DNA from: a virus
Taxonomy: Duplodnaviria; Caudoviricetes
DNA: 64,000 nucleotides
IMG/VR virus record: IMGVR_UViG_3300011116_001007
Direction: 5' to 3' (one strand)
Under the pieces are notes generated by a model. The model was given only the letters and a program-made list of their open reading frames with translations. It made no database searches and had not been told where the DNA came from. The stretch's first letter is position 1; every line of letters starts with the position of its first letter. The translations under genes and the position numbers were made by a program. Shown here piece by piece: positions 43,920 through 53,463 of the stretch.

Positions 43920-43935
43920 CTCCTTAATAAGCAAG
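43920..43935 (-). promoter_or_regulatory. ROSE-like SD-sequestering hairpin
   Basis: CUU-G-CUU-AUU-AAGGAG, bulged G. Confidence 0.55.
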
Positions 43936-44099
43936 CAAATTATAGGACCCGCCCCGTGCAGCATCCTATGTGCTATTATATATGATAAAATGCTGCGACC
44001 GCACATTTTCCGGCGAAATACAGAAGAAAAAATAAATAAAAGTGCAGTTCGCGGATCTGGACAATCCCAACTGCTCTATGATTATTAAGGAATCACAGC

Positions 44100-44543
44100 A
44101 TGCCTATTTATAAATCTACTCATACTTTTCCCTATGTGTATCTTTGTCAGGAAAAAGATTCACCGTATTTCTATATCGGATATCGATACGCAAATCGAGT
44201 GCCGTCATCTGAAGATTTTGGAAAACATTATTTTACATCAAACAAGTATGTTAAAGAAAACTTTGACAAGTTTGATCATACCATAGTAGCAGAGTTTTTT
44301 GACAAAAAAGATGCATACACATTTGAATCTGAACTGATCAAAGAATTGAACTCAAAATATCTGCTGAATGCCCAGCGGATAGGGCGGCTCACGGGCACAT
44401 CATACAAACCCAAGATAACAGAAGAAGTTATTTCAAAAACTTGTGCTTTGCCCGAATGCAACAAGATTTTCACCAACTGGCGGTCAAAATGCTGCTGTAT
44501 CTCGCATAGTAAAAAATACGCAGGTATGCGACGTCACCAATAA
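44100..44543 (+). CDS. GIY-YIG (Seg-like) free-standing endonuclease
   Basis: YVY...FYIGYR...YFTS...AY.FE; Cys-rich C-terminus; opposite strand to neighbours upstream. Confidence 0.7.
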   Translation: MPIYKSTHTFPYVYLCQEKDSPYFYIGYRYANRVPSSEDFGKHYFTSNKYVKENFDKFDHTIVAEFFDKKDAYTFESELIKELNSKYLLNAQRIGRLTGTSYKPKITEEVISKTCALPECNKIFTNWRSKCCCISHSKKYAGMRRHQ

Positions 44544-44563
44544 ATAAATCATAGGAGAACATT

Positions 44564-44863
44564 ATGTTGAAACGAATAGTTGAATTTTTCACTGGTAAAA
44601 AAGAACCAGTTGCTGCACCTGAAGCTGCACCATACAAAGTAGAAGCGCCAGCGCCTGCCAAGATTCCTGAGCCTGCTGTTGCACCATTGGCAACAGATCA
44701 AGCCGCGGTGGTCAGTGCCGCAGAAGGATCTGCTGTGACTTTGACTCCTGTTGCAAAGGCACCGCCAGCAAAGAAGCCAGCTGCAAAGAAAACCGCTGTG
44801 CCAAAGAAGCCAGCAGCAGCCAAAGCAACTGCCAAGCCTAGAACCAAAAAGACCCCACAGTAA
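44564..44863 (+). CDS. Pro/Ala/Lys-rich histone-like (AlgP/PhaF-tail-like) protein
   Basis: KAPPAKKPAAKK...; TAAATA and AGGAG upstream. Confidence 0.7.
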   Translation: MLKRIVEFFTGKKEPVAAPEAAPYKVEAPAPAKIPEPAVAPLATDQAAVVSAAEGSAVTLTPVAKAPPAKKPAAKKTAVPKKPAAAKATAKPRTKKTPQ

Positions 44864-44883
44864 ACTACTAGGTTTACACCCCC

Positions 44884-44913
44884 AAAACCCCTCTTAAATA
44901 ATAGAGGGGTTTT
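44884..44913 (+). terminator. Terminator hairpin whose loop is TAAATAAT
   Basis: AAAACCCCTCT-TAAATAAT-AGAGGGGTTTT. Confidence 0.8.
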
Positions 44914-44938
44914 ATTTTGACTAGAAAAGGGGGAAACC

Positions 44939-45466
44939 ATGGCTGAATCTCGCTCAGAAAGAGAAGCACATATAAAAGACAAAGCAGGCTGGGTGATCAC
45001 AGTTGTGGCAGCATTGCTAGCAGTGAACACCTACGTTGCCAATGGCATCAGCAGTGGCATATTGACCAATACCATTCGAGCCAACGACACTTGGAACTTT
45101 TATCAGGCCAAGAGCATCAAACAGGCCATAGCAGAAAATGCCAGAGATGATGCTGCTGGCCGTCGAGACACCAAAAAAGTTCAAGAACTGACTGAAAAAA
45201 TTGATCGCTTGATCAGCGACCCTGCAACAAATGAAGGCAAACGAGAACTCATGGTTCGAGCTCGAGCCTTGGAAGCCGACCGCGATGAAGCCAAATTGCA
45301 CAGCCCGTGGCTGACTTTTGCCGGGTCAGCACTGCAACTCAGCATAGTGTTGTTGAGTGCCAGTATCCTGGCAGTGAGCATGGGCATGTTTTACTCCAGC
45401 ATAGGTGTGGGCTTGATAGGGGCCATTCTGATGAGCCAAGGAATTTGGCTATGGTTTCCATTGTAA
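44939..45466 (+). CDS. DUF4337-family membrane protein
   Basis: TM...W.FYQAKSIK...C-terminal TM pair. Confidence 0.75.
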   Translation: MAESRSEREAHIKDKAGWVITVVAALLAVNTYVANGISSGILTNTIRANDTWNFYQAKSIKQAIAENARDDAAGRRDTKKVQELTEKIDRLISDPATNEGKRELMVRARALEADRDEAKLHSPWLTFAGSALQLSIVLLSASILAVSMGMFYSSIGVGLIGAILMSQGIWLWFPL

Positions 45467-45669
45467 AATGGTCAGTGATAGCATGGTTGTCAATCATGGC
45501 AGTGTCCAGTGAAGAAAATCTCAGCCAATCTAAAAAAGATCAGGCGTGGGTGTGTGTGCGTTGGCAATGGGTCGGCGCCCCAGTTGACGGTCGAGTCACT
45601 TGCGTGGCCTGGGCCAAGAAAGATTGTTCCAATAGATTGTACCCGGAAATATGTAAAAGGGGCGGGTAA
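45451..45669 (+). CDS. Small exported Cys-rich protein
   Basis: WVCVRWQW.G...V.C..W.KKDCS..LYPEICK; start uncertain. Confidence 0.55.
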   Translation: MVSIVKWSVIAWLSIMAVSSEENLSQSKKDQAWVCVRWQWVGAPVDGRVTCVAWAKKDCSNRLYPEICKRGG

Positions 45670-45672
45670 CCA

Positions 45673-46287
45673 ATGGATCCAATTACCATAGGTCTTGCAT
45701 TCACTGCCGCACAATCAGCAATAGGTCACATCAAACAGGCCATAGCACTGGGCAAGGATGTCAACAGCATCATTGGCCAAGTGGGGCACTTTTTTGAAGC
45801 AGCAGACCAAGTTCACGTGGCCAGCATCAAGGCCAAACACGGTGCCATGGGCAAAACTGATGCTCAAATTGGTCGCCAAGCTCTTGAGTTTGCCATGCGT
45901 AGCAATCAATTGCGAGAAGATGAAAGAGCTCTCAAAGACATGATATATTGGCAGCTGGGCAAGCCTGAAATATGGCAAGAGATGATTGCTGAACGTACTA
46001 GATTGTTGAAAGAGAAACGTGCAGGCGAAGAAGCAATTGCCAAGGCCAAACAAGCACACAAAGAAAAGATGGCCAAGATGCTCATGCTGACCATGTATAT
46101 TATAGCAGGAGCTGCTATTGTTTTTTCATTTGTGATGATGGGTGTGCAACTTTACAGCATGGATCAAGAACAAAAAGCATTTGAAGCTGCACAAGCAAAA
46201 AACCTAAGGATTCGTCGTGAACAGCAATGGGCTAGAGAACAAGAACAAAAGAAACAACTAGATGCCGCTGCCAAGAACGGTGCCTAG
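45673..46287 (+). CDS. Conserved coiled-coil membrane protein
   Basis: MDPIT...; one TM near residues 140-165. Confidence 0.7.
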   Translation: MDPITIGLAFTAAQSAIGHIKQAIALGKDVNSIIGQVGHFFEAADQVHVASIKAKHGAMGKTDAQIGRQALEFAMRSNQLREDERALKDMIYWQLGKPEIWQEMIAERTRLLKEKRAGEEAIAKAKQAHKEKMAKMLMLTMYIIAGAAIVFSFVMMGVQLYSMDQEQKAFEAAQAKNLRIRREQQWAREQEQKKQLDAAAKNGA

Positions 46288-46403
46288 TGCCTATGCCTAT
46301 CGTTGGCCCAGTCTTTAAACATCACCCAAAATATCATCACTAGAGGCACACACCCTAGTAAAAATAAAACATCGTTGAATGTGATGACAATATTGAAATA
46401 CAT
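46284..46403 (-). CDS. Small TM peptide (39 aa)
   Basis: Manual translation MYFNIVITFNDVLFLLGCVPLVMIFWVMFKDW... Confidence 0.5.
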   Translation of the reverse strand: MYFNIVITFNDVLFLLGCVPLVMIFWVMFKDWANDRHRH

Positions 46404-46463
46404 CAAGTATTTATTAACCACTGGGTTTGATGCTGGTGCCAAAAACACCTGGCTAAATACTTA

Positions 46464-47567
46464 ATGTATCCACTTTATGAAAATATAAATTTAAACACGT
46501 ATGAAACTTTGTTCGGTTACTATACGTTAGGATTTATACAATACCATCGGCCGGACTTGTTTATCATTGATATTAGATTAAAAAATCGATCGTGGGATAT
46601 TCCCCACGACATGGCCAATTACGATTGGCTAGAATCAAAAATACAACTGGGCTTGAGTCAAGGTCGGTCCGTGGTAATCATACCAGAAGACGAACATGTG
46701 GTGTTCGCAGTCAATACCCAACTGACTACTATATTAAACAACTATGTAAACAGTCCTGTGTATTGGATCACCATGCTGGATAGTCTGGCACAACAAGTCT
46801 ATAGAGAACGCCATCAATTCCGTATCAAAATATTAGAGTTGCCATGGTTGCTGTTGAATGAGTGCTTGACTTATTATCTAGTGGCCAACACAGCAACAAA
46901 CTTTATGCCAAATGATCAGAACTATAATTTTTTTTGTTTGATTGGAAATACTGCCAGTCGTCACAAAGGCAACTTAGCTCGAGAATTGCATAACCGACGT
47001 CTGAGCAGTCACGGATTGATCACAGTGAATAAAAATTGTTCCATTGACGCAGATCTACTGGAATTTTGCCAGGTCAATCAGGAAGTAGTATACGATCCTT
47101 CTATAAATCCAGACTATCCAATGATAGCAAGACAAACCAACGTCAATGGAACTTGGGTGTCGCAAAATGTCAAAAATTACCTATACATAGATCAACAGTA
47201 TCATCACATACCGTTGGCGATAAATCCTGAAACCATAACCAGTGCATTCAAAAGCACAGAAAAAAGCATTTGGCCCATACTGCTAGGCAAACTATTTTTA
47301 ATTTACGGCAGACCTGGATCAATGGCCTGGATACAACGATTTTACGACATTGATATAACATCATTTGCAAACATAGCATATGATGCTATTCCCGGATTTG
47401 ATTCTAACAAAATTCGATTGAATAGAATGATTGATGACAACCGAGACTTGATTCAAAATGCCAAAGATATACAAACACAATTACAACCCCAATTAGAGTG
47501 TGCTAGGTGGACATTGGGCCGAAACTTGTACAAATTTTTTGTTTCGCAATTGGAGTTTATCCCTTGA
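46464..47567 (+). CDS. Glycosyltransferase-like protein (TEK...P family)
   Basis: STEKSIWPILLGKLFLIYG motif resembles GT10/GT-B C-terminal domain; TAAATA 4 nt before ATG. Confidence 0.5.
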   Translation: MYPLYENINLNTYETLFGYYTLGFIQYHRPDLFIIDIRLKNRSWDIPHDMANYDWLESKIQLGLSQGRSVVIIPEDEHVVFAVNTQLTTILNNYVNSPVYWITMLDSLAQQVYRERHQFRIKILELPWLLLNECLTYYLVANTATNFMPNDQNYNFFCLIGNTASRHKGNLARELHNRRLSSHGLITVNKNCSIDADLLEFCQVNQEVVYDPSINPDYPMIARQTNVNGTWVSQNVKNYLYIDQQYHHIPLAINPETITSAFKSTEKSIWPILLGKLFLIYGRPGSMAWIQRFYDIDITSFANIAYDAIPGFDSNKIRLNRMIDDNRDLIQNAKDIQTQLQPQLECARWTLGRNLYKFFVSQLEFIP

Positions 47568-48280
47568 AAACCTTAACCACTGCTGGGTGTAGTTTTACGT
47601 TGGATAACTATCAAAAAACCTGGGCCAATTATCTGTCAGAAAGTCTCAACTGTGATCTGGTAAATCTTGGTGCCAGAGGTGCTGGAATTGATTTTATTAC
47701 CAAAAGAGTAATGTATCACTGTGCCCACAATGACACAGATTTAATTGTTGTGATGTTGCCCAGTGTGGATAGATTTGATTGGTATTTGGATCAACACCAT
47801 CCATTAAAAACCAATGGCCTATCCATAGCCAGTTGGCAAAACGGGAAGAATCCTTCGTTGATGGCACTGGACGGTCAGCCAAATTATACTGAAGGATATT
47901 CTTTATCCGGCGGCGAAATACGTGGGCACAAACGTCATTGGTTCAAATATTATTACAGTGAAACTTCTGCATTGTTGAATTATTGGACTGCCGTTTATAA
48001 TTTAGAAAATTTTTTCAAAATTAAAAATATACCATACTATTTTACCACTGCGTATGATAAAGACAATCTAGTGGAACAGTCCTACAATCAAACTCAAAAC
48101 AGCAGCAATTTCAATTGGATTTTTGATTGTATCAATTGGGAGAAATTTATATTTTATCAATCCAATCGGGGATTTCTAAATTTTACAAAAGATCAAAAAT
48201 TTAACATTGTAAACAATCATCCAGTGACCGATGCACATAAGTCTTGGGTTGACAATGTTTTACTGACAAAATTTAATTGA
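47564..48280 (+). CDS. SGNH/GDSL-like protein
   Basis: AGCSFT...W...VNLG.RG.G...HP..AH; TTG start with GGAG SD. Confidence 0.55.
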   Translation: MKTLTTAGCSFTLDNYQKTWANYLSESLNCDLVNLGARGAGIDFITKRVMYHCAHNDTDLIVVMLPSVDRFDWYLDQHHPLKTNGLSIASWQNGKNPSLMALDGQPNYTEGYSLSGGEIRGHKRHWFKYYYSETSALLNYWTAVYNLENFFKIKNIPYYFTTAYDKDNLVEQSYNQTQNSSNFNWIFDCINWEKFIFYQSNRGFLNFTKDQKFNIVNNHPVTDAHKSWVDNVLLTKFN

Positions 48281-48284
48281 ATGA

Positions 48285-48575
48285 TCACTGCAAAATCATA
48301 CGCATTAACCCGATGGAGTCGATTGTGACCAACAGGCCGCAGTTGGCCAGCATGCCAAAAGATCTACGGCTATAAGAAGCCCACCCATACATACAACACT
48401 GGCAAATAAAAACAGGATAGATAAGAACCAAAGGCGGTGTTGGAACAGTGAGCGCCATAGTAACACTACATCCGATACTAAGCGCCCAAGCCGTAGTTTC
48501 AATGATAAAACGTAAAGGGTATGCTCGATAGTCATCTTTGATCCAGGTTGTGATGTTGATTAAAACATTGCTCAT
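48285..48575 (-). CDS. Small 3-TM membrane protein
   Basis: Three hydrophobic segments. Confidence 0.7.
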   Translation of the reverse strand: MSNVLINITTWIKDDYRAYPLRFIIETTAWALSIGCSVTMALTVPTPPLVLIYPVFICQCCMYGWASYSRRSFGMLANCGLLVTIDSIGLMRMILQ

Positions 48576-49741
48576 GTTCTGTCAGAAAAATAATTTTGCT
48601 TTTCTCCAACTCGATCAAGATCGGTGGTCATGCAATGCACTCCGCCGTCATAAAAATATATTTGTGGAATATCTATCACGTGAACGGTGATTCCATACTT
48701 CTCTAATTTAGAATTAAGTTGATCGTTTTTTACCAGAGTAATAACATTTTTTGTGTCAACCACCAGCATATTTACATCAAACACACTTTCCCCAGATGAT
48801 CCTACCCAAGAATCAAAGCTATTTTCTACTAGGTCTATCAACTCATCGTCGGTCTCGTGGCCTGGGTACCACCATCGATTTCGTATTCTCTTAGAGAGTT
48901 CTTTATGTGCTGCCATTGGGTTATTATTACGAACATATATAACTTCCCAGCCGGGAAAATACCTATCATAATCAATTACCAAGTCAGGATCGTCATGTGC
49001 AACAATTAGTCCTGGACAAATAACACAAAATATGCCATCTGTGTGACCGACTGAATCAATCATATGATTTCTGTAATCTGCAAATTCAGTATCATAGATG
49101 GTCTGACGCTTAGCCAAGTCACGATCTGCTGCCATTGTTCCAAAATACAGATCTTGTCCAATTCTATTTAATAGTCCGCCGTCGGACATTGCCCAGTCAA
49201 CAGTTTGATTTCCCTGCTGCTTGACAAGGTCTAATATATCACCATAACAATTGTTAAAATGAGTCAGCCAACCCATTTCTCCTGCCAAGTTAAAATGATC
49301 GTATGCTTCGTTTATTTGTGCAGTAGGAGCATGTGCTAAAAAATCATAAACACTATTGTATCTATCCCACGAAGGATCTGCTATGTTAGCGTAATATTTT
49401 TTCCAGTACTGATCGCTCCAATTCTGATAATAAAATTTATTGCCTATCATCATCATGGTATTACGAGGTTGTAATGGTGGACAAGGGCCAATTTGTTTTT
49501 TCTCATCAAAAGGATACTGAAAATTTACATTTGGTCTTAGTACCTGCACCCCGAGATCTTGCAATTTTTTTACTAATAATTTTAGTCCACTCTCAGTATC
49601 AATGGACATACATTCAAGCAAGCTTCTTAATCGTGGCTGTTTGATCCAAGAAAAATATTCAGGAGGAACTGTCTGCCCCACAATACAGGTTTGTAATGGA
49701 TCCCAATTCTGATGTATGCTAAACATTATTTTTTTGTTCAA
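48572..49741 (-). CDS. Amidinotransferase family protein A
   Basis: WDPL..CIVG, PR, DGG, GHTDG, DVNMLV, GGVHC.T. Confidence 0.85.
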   Translation of the reverse strand: MNKKIMFSIHQNWDPLQTCIVGQTVPPEYFSWIKQPRLRSLLECMSIDTESGLKLLVKKLQDLGVQVLRPNVNFQYPFDEKKQIGPCPPLQPRNTMMMIGNKFYYQNWSDQYWKKYYANIADPSWDRYNSVYDFLAHAPTAQINEAYDHFNLAGEMGWLTHFNNCYGDILDLVKQQGNQTVDWAMSDGGLLNRIGQDLYFGTMAADRDLAKRQTIYDTEFADYRNHMIDSVGHTDGIFCVICPGLIVAHDDPDLVIDYDRYFPGWEVIYVRNNNPMAAHKELSKRIRNRWWYPGHETDDELIDLVENSFDSWVGSSGESVFDVNMLVVDTKNVITLVKNDQLNSKLEKYGITVHVIDIPQIYFYDGGVHCMTTDLDRVGEKQNYFSDRT

Positions 49742-50744
49742 ACAATTGCTGACTGGCTAGATTCTTACCTTTGGCTTCAACTTGAATATCCCAATCGTCA
49801 CTAAAGGTCAATGCCCAGTCGTTCACAGCACGATTCCACATGAAGTCACTGTGTGCGCGAAGCTTTTGCTTGCGATATCCGCGATCAAGTAGTTGGTCGA
49901 GGTCAGGTCTGACAAGGGGATCGTGATCCACCAAAACGTCTTCACGACTAACACTGTAGTGAAGAACAGGACGAGTACCACGCCAAGACTCCAACACGCG
50001 ACGCGCCCTAGGGTCCACGGGTGTGATGTATTCACCGGTGCGGATCCAGTGGTGGTGGATGTCCAGCGTAAGAGCACAATGCTCAGCCACAGCCAAAGTA
50101 ACGTCGATACCATTTGTCATCTCATCATTCTCGATGGCAATTAAGTTTCTAGCTTCGGGAGTAAGTCTGCCCAAAGTACGTAGAAATTTAGCGGGGCCAC
50201 CTTTACCGCTTAAATGTACATTTATCTTGAAACCGTGATCATGCCAATTTTTTCCATAACCCATCCAACGAGCCATGTCCACATGATATTCAAATTCTAG
50301 TATGCTGCGTTCTACAATTTCGTCTGCTTCCGATGCCAGCACACAAAACTGTCCAGGATGAAAGCTCAGTCGCACACCCAGTCTGCGGGCAGTTTCACCA
50401 ACAGGGGCAAAGATACGAGCACAGTGATTTTGTATTTCTTGACGCTGCCACCAGTTGATCCATGACGGTTCAGTGTAGCCTTGCAGCATTTCACTGCCCA
50501 GTCGTACCATTCTGCGACCTTCAGGCAGCGTGGCCACACGTTCAATCAGTCTGACTGCTGCGGCAGCATTGTGATTCATTATGTCCCATTGACGCTGTTC
50601 TGCCTCGGCTGCATGCTCGCGGAGCCAGCGCATGGTGGTTGATCGGCCGTTTAGATCACGGTCCACAGCATTGACTTTCATGCCGCCACATTCGGACGGA
50701 TCATTGAGCCATTTGCAACAAAAACCAATTTGGGGTGTAGTCAT
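49719..50744 (-). CDS. uvsE: UV-damage endonuclease UvsE/UVDE
   Basis: GFCC, RLSFHPGQF.VL, ENDE, LDIHHH, HYS, AHSD, VEAK.K. Confidence 0.92.
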   Translation of the reverse strand: MTTPQIGFCCKWLNDPSECGGMKVNAVDRDLNGRSTTMRWLREHAAEAEQRQWDIMNHNAAAAVRLIERVATLPEGRRMVRLGSEMLQGYTEPSWINWWQRQEIQNHCARIFAPVGETARRLGVRLSFHPGQFCVLASEADEIVERSILEFEYHVDMARWMGYGKNWHDHGFKINVHLSGKGGPAKFLRTLGRLTPEARNLIAIENDEMTNGIDVTLAVAEHCALTLDIHHHWIRTGEYITPVDPRARRVLESWRGTRPVLHYSVSREDVLVDHDPLVRPDLDQLLDRGYRKQKLRAHSDFMWNRAVNDWALTFSDDWDIQVEAKGKNLASQQLFEQKNNV

Positions 50745-50750
50745 GCGTTA

Positions 50751-50779
50751 ATTATACGACACTTTAAGTATTGTGTCAA
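50751..50779 (-). promoter_or_regulatory. Consensus sigma70 promoter, leaderless uvsE
   Basis: TTGACA-N17-TATAAT-N6-ATG. Confidence 0.85.
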
Positions 50780-50805
50780 TCACATGTTGCGCCAAACCCA
50801 CACAG

Positions 50806-51717
50806 TTAAGTTCTTACCAAATCCAGCGTCACACAATGAAAGCCGCCGCCCAAAGTTCGGCTGTGGCGCAACTGCAATGGAATTACGGTAAAATTGTAGC
50901 TTTTTAATGTTTTGATCAATTCGGTTTGCGCTTGATCCACAATCACTGTGGCGGGATTGACCACCAACATGTTCATACCTATCCATTTTGAAGCATATGG
51001 ATATTGATAAAAGTCCTGTGCAACCACATCTGACACCCAAATTTTATGCCATCCATCAAACACTTGGGGCACATGGTCAAACCCTACCCTTGATGCATTG
51101 ATCATGACCAGGCCTTCTCTCAAGGGCATTATGGTGCTGTCAATATGCACACCTGAATAAAAATTGCACAGTTCTATTTTTACATCAGGAAATTGGTCAC
51201 ACAGCCAATTGTAAGCTGCGCGATTGCCCGACGGCGATTCCAAAAATAGCATGTGATCATTGAGTCGTAGCACATTGGCAGCATCCATGGTCATGCCTTC
51301 GTTCCTGGGCATAAACCGGTAGTGATCTGCACTGTCAACAATTTCATGATAACATTGCAATTCCATATCTCTGCAGGGATACATCATTGCAGGATCAACT
51401 ATGGTTGAACCATACACAAGCAGCCGATCACGTGGACAATAGTTGGAAAAACCATCATGCAATTGAAAGTTCAGCGGATCAGGACGCACTACTTCCACAC
51501 CCAGCTCAGTCAATGTTGAAGCCAGCTTGTCCAGGTCTTCATTGGTTTCATCAATGATTGTTTGTGGCACAGGCCCACTTGGAACTGGAGTCGCCGTCCA
51601 GGTGGTCTTTTTGCTTTCCTGGCTGAACACAGGATCATTAACTGGCCAATTGGCATTGGTGGCGGATCCAACTATTATTTTGCGTAATTGGCTCCACTCG
51701 TTAACACTTGATATCAT
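50806..51717 (-). CDS. Amidinotransferase family protein B (glycine/inosamine amidinotransferase-like)
   Basis: NEW..LRKIIVG, CPRD, DAANV, HIDST, MNMLV, GGGFHCVT. Confidence 0.9.
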   Translation of the reverse strand: MISSVNEWSQLRKIIVGSATNANWPVNDPVFSQESKKTTWTATPVPSGPVPQTIIDETNEDLDKLASTLTELGVEVVRPDPLNFQLHDGFSNYCPRDRLLVYGSTIVDPAMMYPCRDMELQCYHEIVDSADHYRFMPRNEGMTMDAANVLRLNDHMLFLESPSGNRAAYNWLCDQFPDVKIELCNFYSGVHIDSTIMPLREGLVMINASRVGFDHVPQVFDGWHKIWVSDVVAQDFYQYPYASKWIGMNMLVVNPATVIVDQAQTELIKTLKSYNFTVIPLQLRHSRTLGGGFHCVTLDLVRT

Positions 51718-52232
51718 ACATGCCCTGTAATTTGTAAGGTGTACCTGGGCTGAACACCCAAGTTGGCTGCCAGATGTGGAGTATCATAATGCCATTCTAC
51801 CACATCTCCTGCCAGCCACTCAGTAAATGGCCGGCCATCAAATTCAGCATAGTGTCCCGACTTCCAGTCTTCCATGTACACTATGGCTCGTCGTATTGTG
51901 GTTTCGCGGCCTTGCAAATCAAACAACTGTACATATCTTTTGTACAAGTCCTGATGTGTAGGAAGTATAGTGCCTGGCCGCATGCGGTAGTAACTGGTGC
52001 CAATGTCTTTCCATCCCATCTCAGTGTAAATTTCTAAGAATTTTTTATTGAAACTGGGTTGCGGTTGCCGCATGTCGCACATGTCGCCTGTGAATCGATT
52101 GGCAAACCCCAGGTCAAGCCAATATTGCAAGTTAGCTAGATCATTGAATTCTTCATTCAAATAATTCAGCTTTTTAAATTCATCATTCCAGAACACTGGA
52201 AGATGATATTTAAGCAGGTCTTGTGTTGCCAT
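51714..52232 (-). CDS. Fe(II)/2OG dioxygenase (Asp/Asn beta-hydroxylase-like)
   Basis: PG..LP.HQD...PH.A.N.G..PR..LQITG (HxD...H). Confidence 0.75.
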   Translation of the reverse strand: MATQDLLKYHLPVFWNDEFKKLNYLNEEFNDLANLQYWLDLGFANRFTGDMCDMRQPQPSFNKKFLEIYTEMGWKDIGTSYYRMRPGTILPTHQDLYKRYVQLFDLQGRETTIRRAIVYMEDWKSGHYAEFDGRPFTEWLAGDVVEWHYDTPHLAANLGVQPRYTLQITGHV

Positions 52233-53463
52233 AATGAATCACAGTGACACCGTCGGCGGCCTTATTCAGTTTGCGCCAAGGATCCACAATAACGCTACCC
52301 CCAGGGATTGCACAATATGGCTGTGTGTCCAGTTGATCGCCGGTGTATTCATATGTGATCTTGCGATTGTGTGCCCACAGCACCACATGAGGCCCGTGCA
52401 ATTCTGCCACAACGTCAGCAGGGTCATCTGCCAAGGGGTCAAGATAAACAACTGAATGTCCCAGTTCTTTGATATAATGGCCTACCAAGGTGGAGTATGA
52501 TCCAATGCAATAAGGAACATCGGGCTTGTAGGCTTTGCCGTGTATGGCAATAGGCAAGTCTTCGCCTGTGATCCACCCGCTTGCTTGGTCCACCAAGAAC
52601 TGGGCTAGATTCTTTGCTTGAATTTCTCTAGCATGCATCACAGTATCAAACAAGTCGTAACCAATGTCATACTCTTTGGCCAGCCAACGCAAGGCAATGT
52701 TGTCTCGTGGATGACATGCACCTGCATCGCCCATGCCTGCTGTCATGTATTTGGGACCCATGATTCTCATGGTGCTACGTGCCAATGCATCTGTGACCAC
52801 ATCAACGTTGATATGTCCTATACGCAATGCAAAATCTTGAACCATATTGACCAGGCCTACTTTGGCACTGATAAATGTGTTGTAGAAAATCTTCATTGCT
52901 TCGCATTCGTCCCAGGTGCCAATTTCGTAACGTGGATCGTTTTGCATGATGGTTTTGTACAGGTCAATCAGCTCGCCAGCCAGTGCGTTAGGGTTGCCGT
53001 CATCGGTACCAATCATGACCATTTCAGGATTGACCATATCCCATTTGACCGAACCCATGGCAATCAAGTAAGGGTTGTACAAAAACTGATGCTGTGGATC
53101 CAGCAGTGGGAAAAACTTACGTCGGGTAGTGCCCGGTAACACTGTGCTGATCAGCACAATTTTTTTAGAACTTCTAGCATACTTGTTGACTTTTTGTATG
53201 GCATCAATCACAGCTTCGTGCCCAAAGTCTCTGGGTTCCATGTGGCTTGACGGCACAGACCCATCGTAGCCTTCAGCATGCGGTGTTGGCACAGCAATAA
53301 AAATCCATTCGCTCTCATTCACCAACTCTTCAATATCACAAACTTTTACCGAGTCACTGGTTCGTGGGTAAATATCGTAGCCTCTAACTTCATGCTTCTC
53401 TGCCATGACTTCGGCACAATCTAGTCCCAGTTTGCCAATGCCAATAAATCCAATTTTTTTCAT
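52210..53463 (-). CDS. UDP-glucose/GDP-mannose dehydrogenase family
   Basis: GIGKLG, IAVPTP, STV.PGTT, E..K.FYN, GACHPRD (catalytic Cys). Confidence 0.9.
   Translation of the reverse strand: MKKIGFIGIGKLGLDCAEVMAEKHEVRGYDIYPRTSDSVKVCDIEELVNESEWIFIAVPTPHAEGYDGSVPSSHMEPRDFGHEAVIDAIQKVNKYARSSKKIVLISTVLPGTTRRKFFPLLDPQHQFLYNPYLIAMGSVKWDMVNPEMVMIGTDDGNPNALAGELIDLYKTIMQNDPRYEIGTWDECEAMKIFYNTFISAKVGLVNMVQDFALRIGHINVDVVTDALARSTMRIMGPKYMTAGMGDAGACHPRDNIALRWLAKEYDIGYDLFDTVMHAREIQAKNLAQFLVDQASGWITGEDLPIAIHGKAYKPDVPYCIGSYSTLVGHYIKELGHSVVYLDPLADDPADVVAELHGPHVVLWAHNRKITYEYTGDQLDTQPYCAIPGGSVIVDPWRKLNKAADGVTVIHYGNTRPA

Noticed and set aside
44100-44543. GIY-YIG gene as an intron-encoded endonuclease
   Set aside because: Flanking genes are intact and no group I intron core is apparent; treated as free-standing
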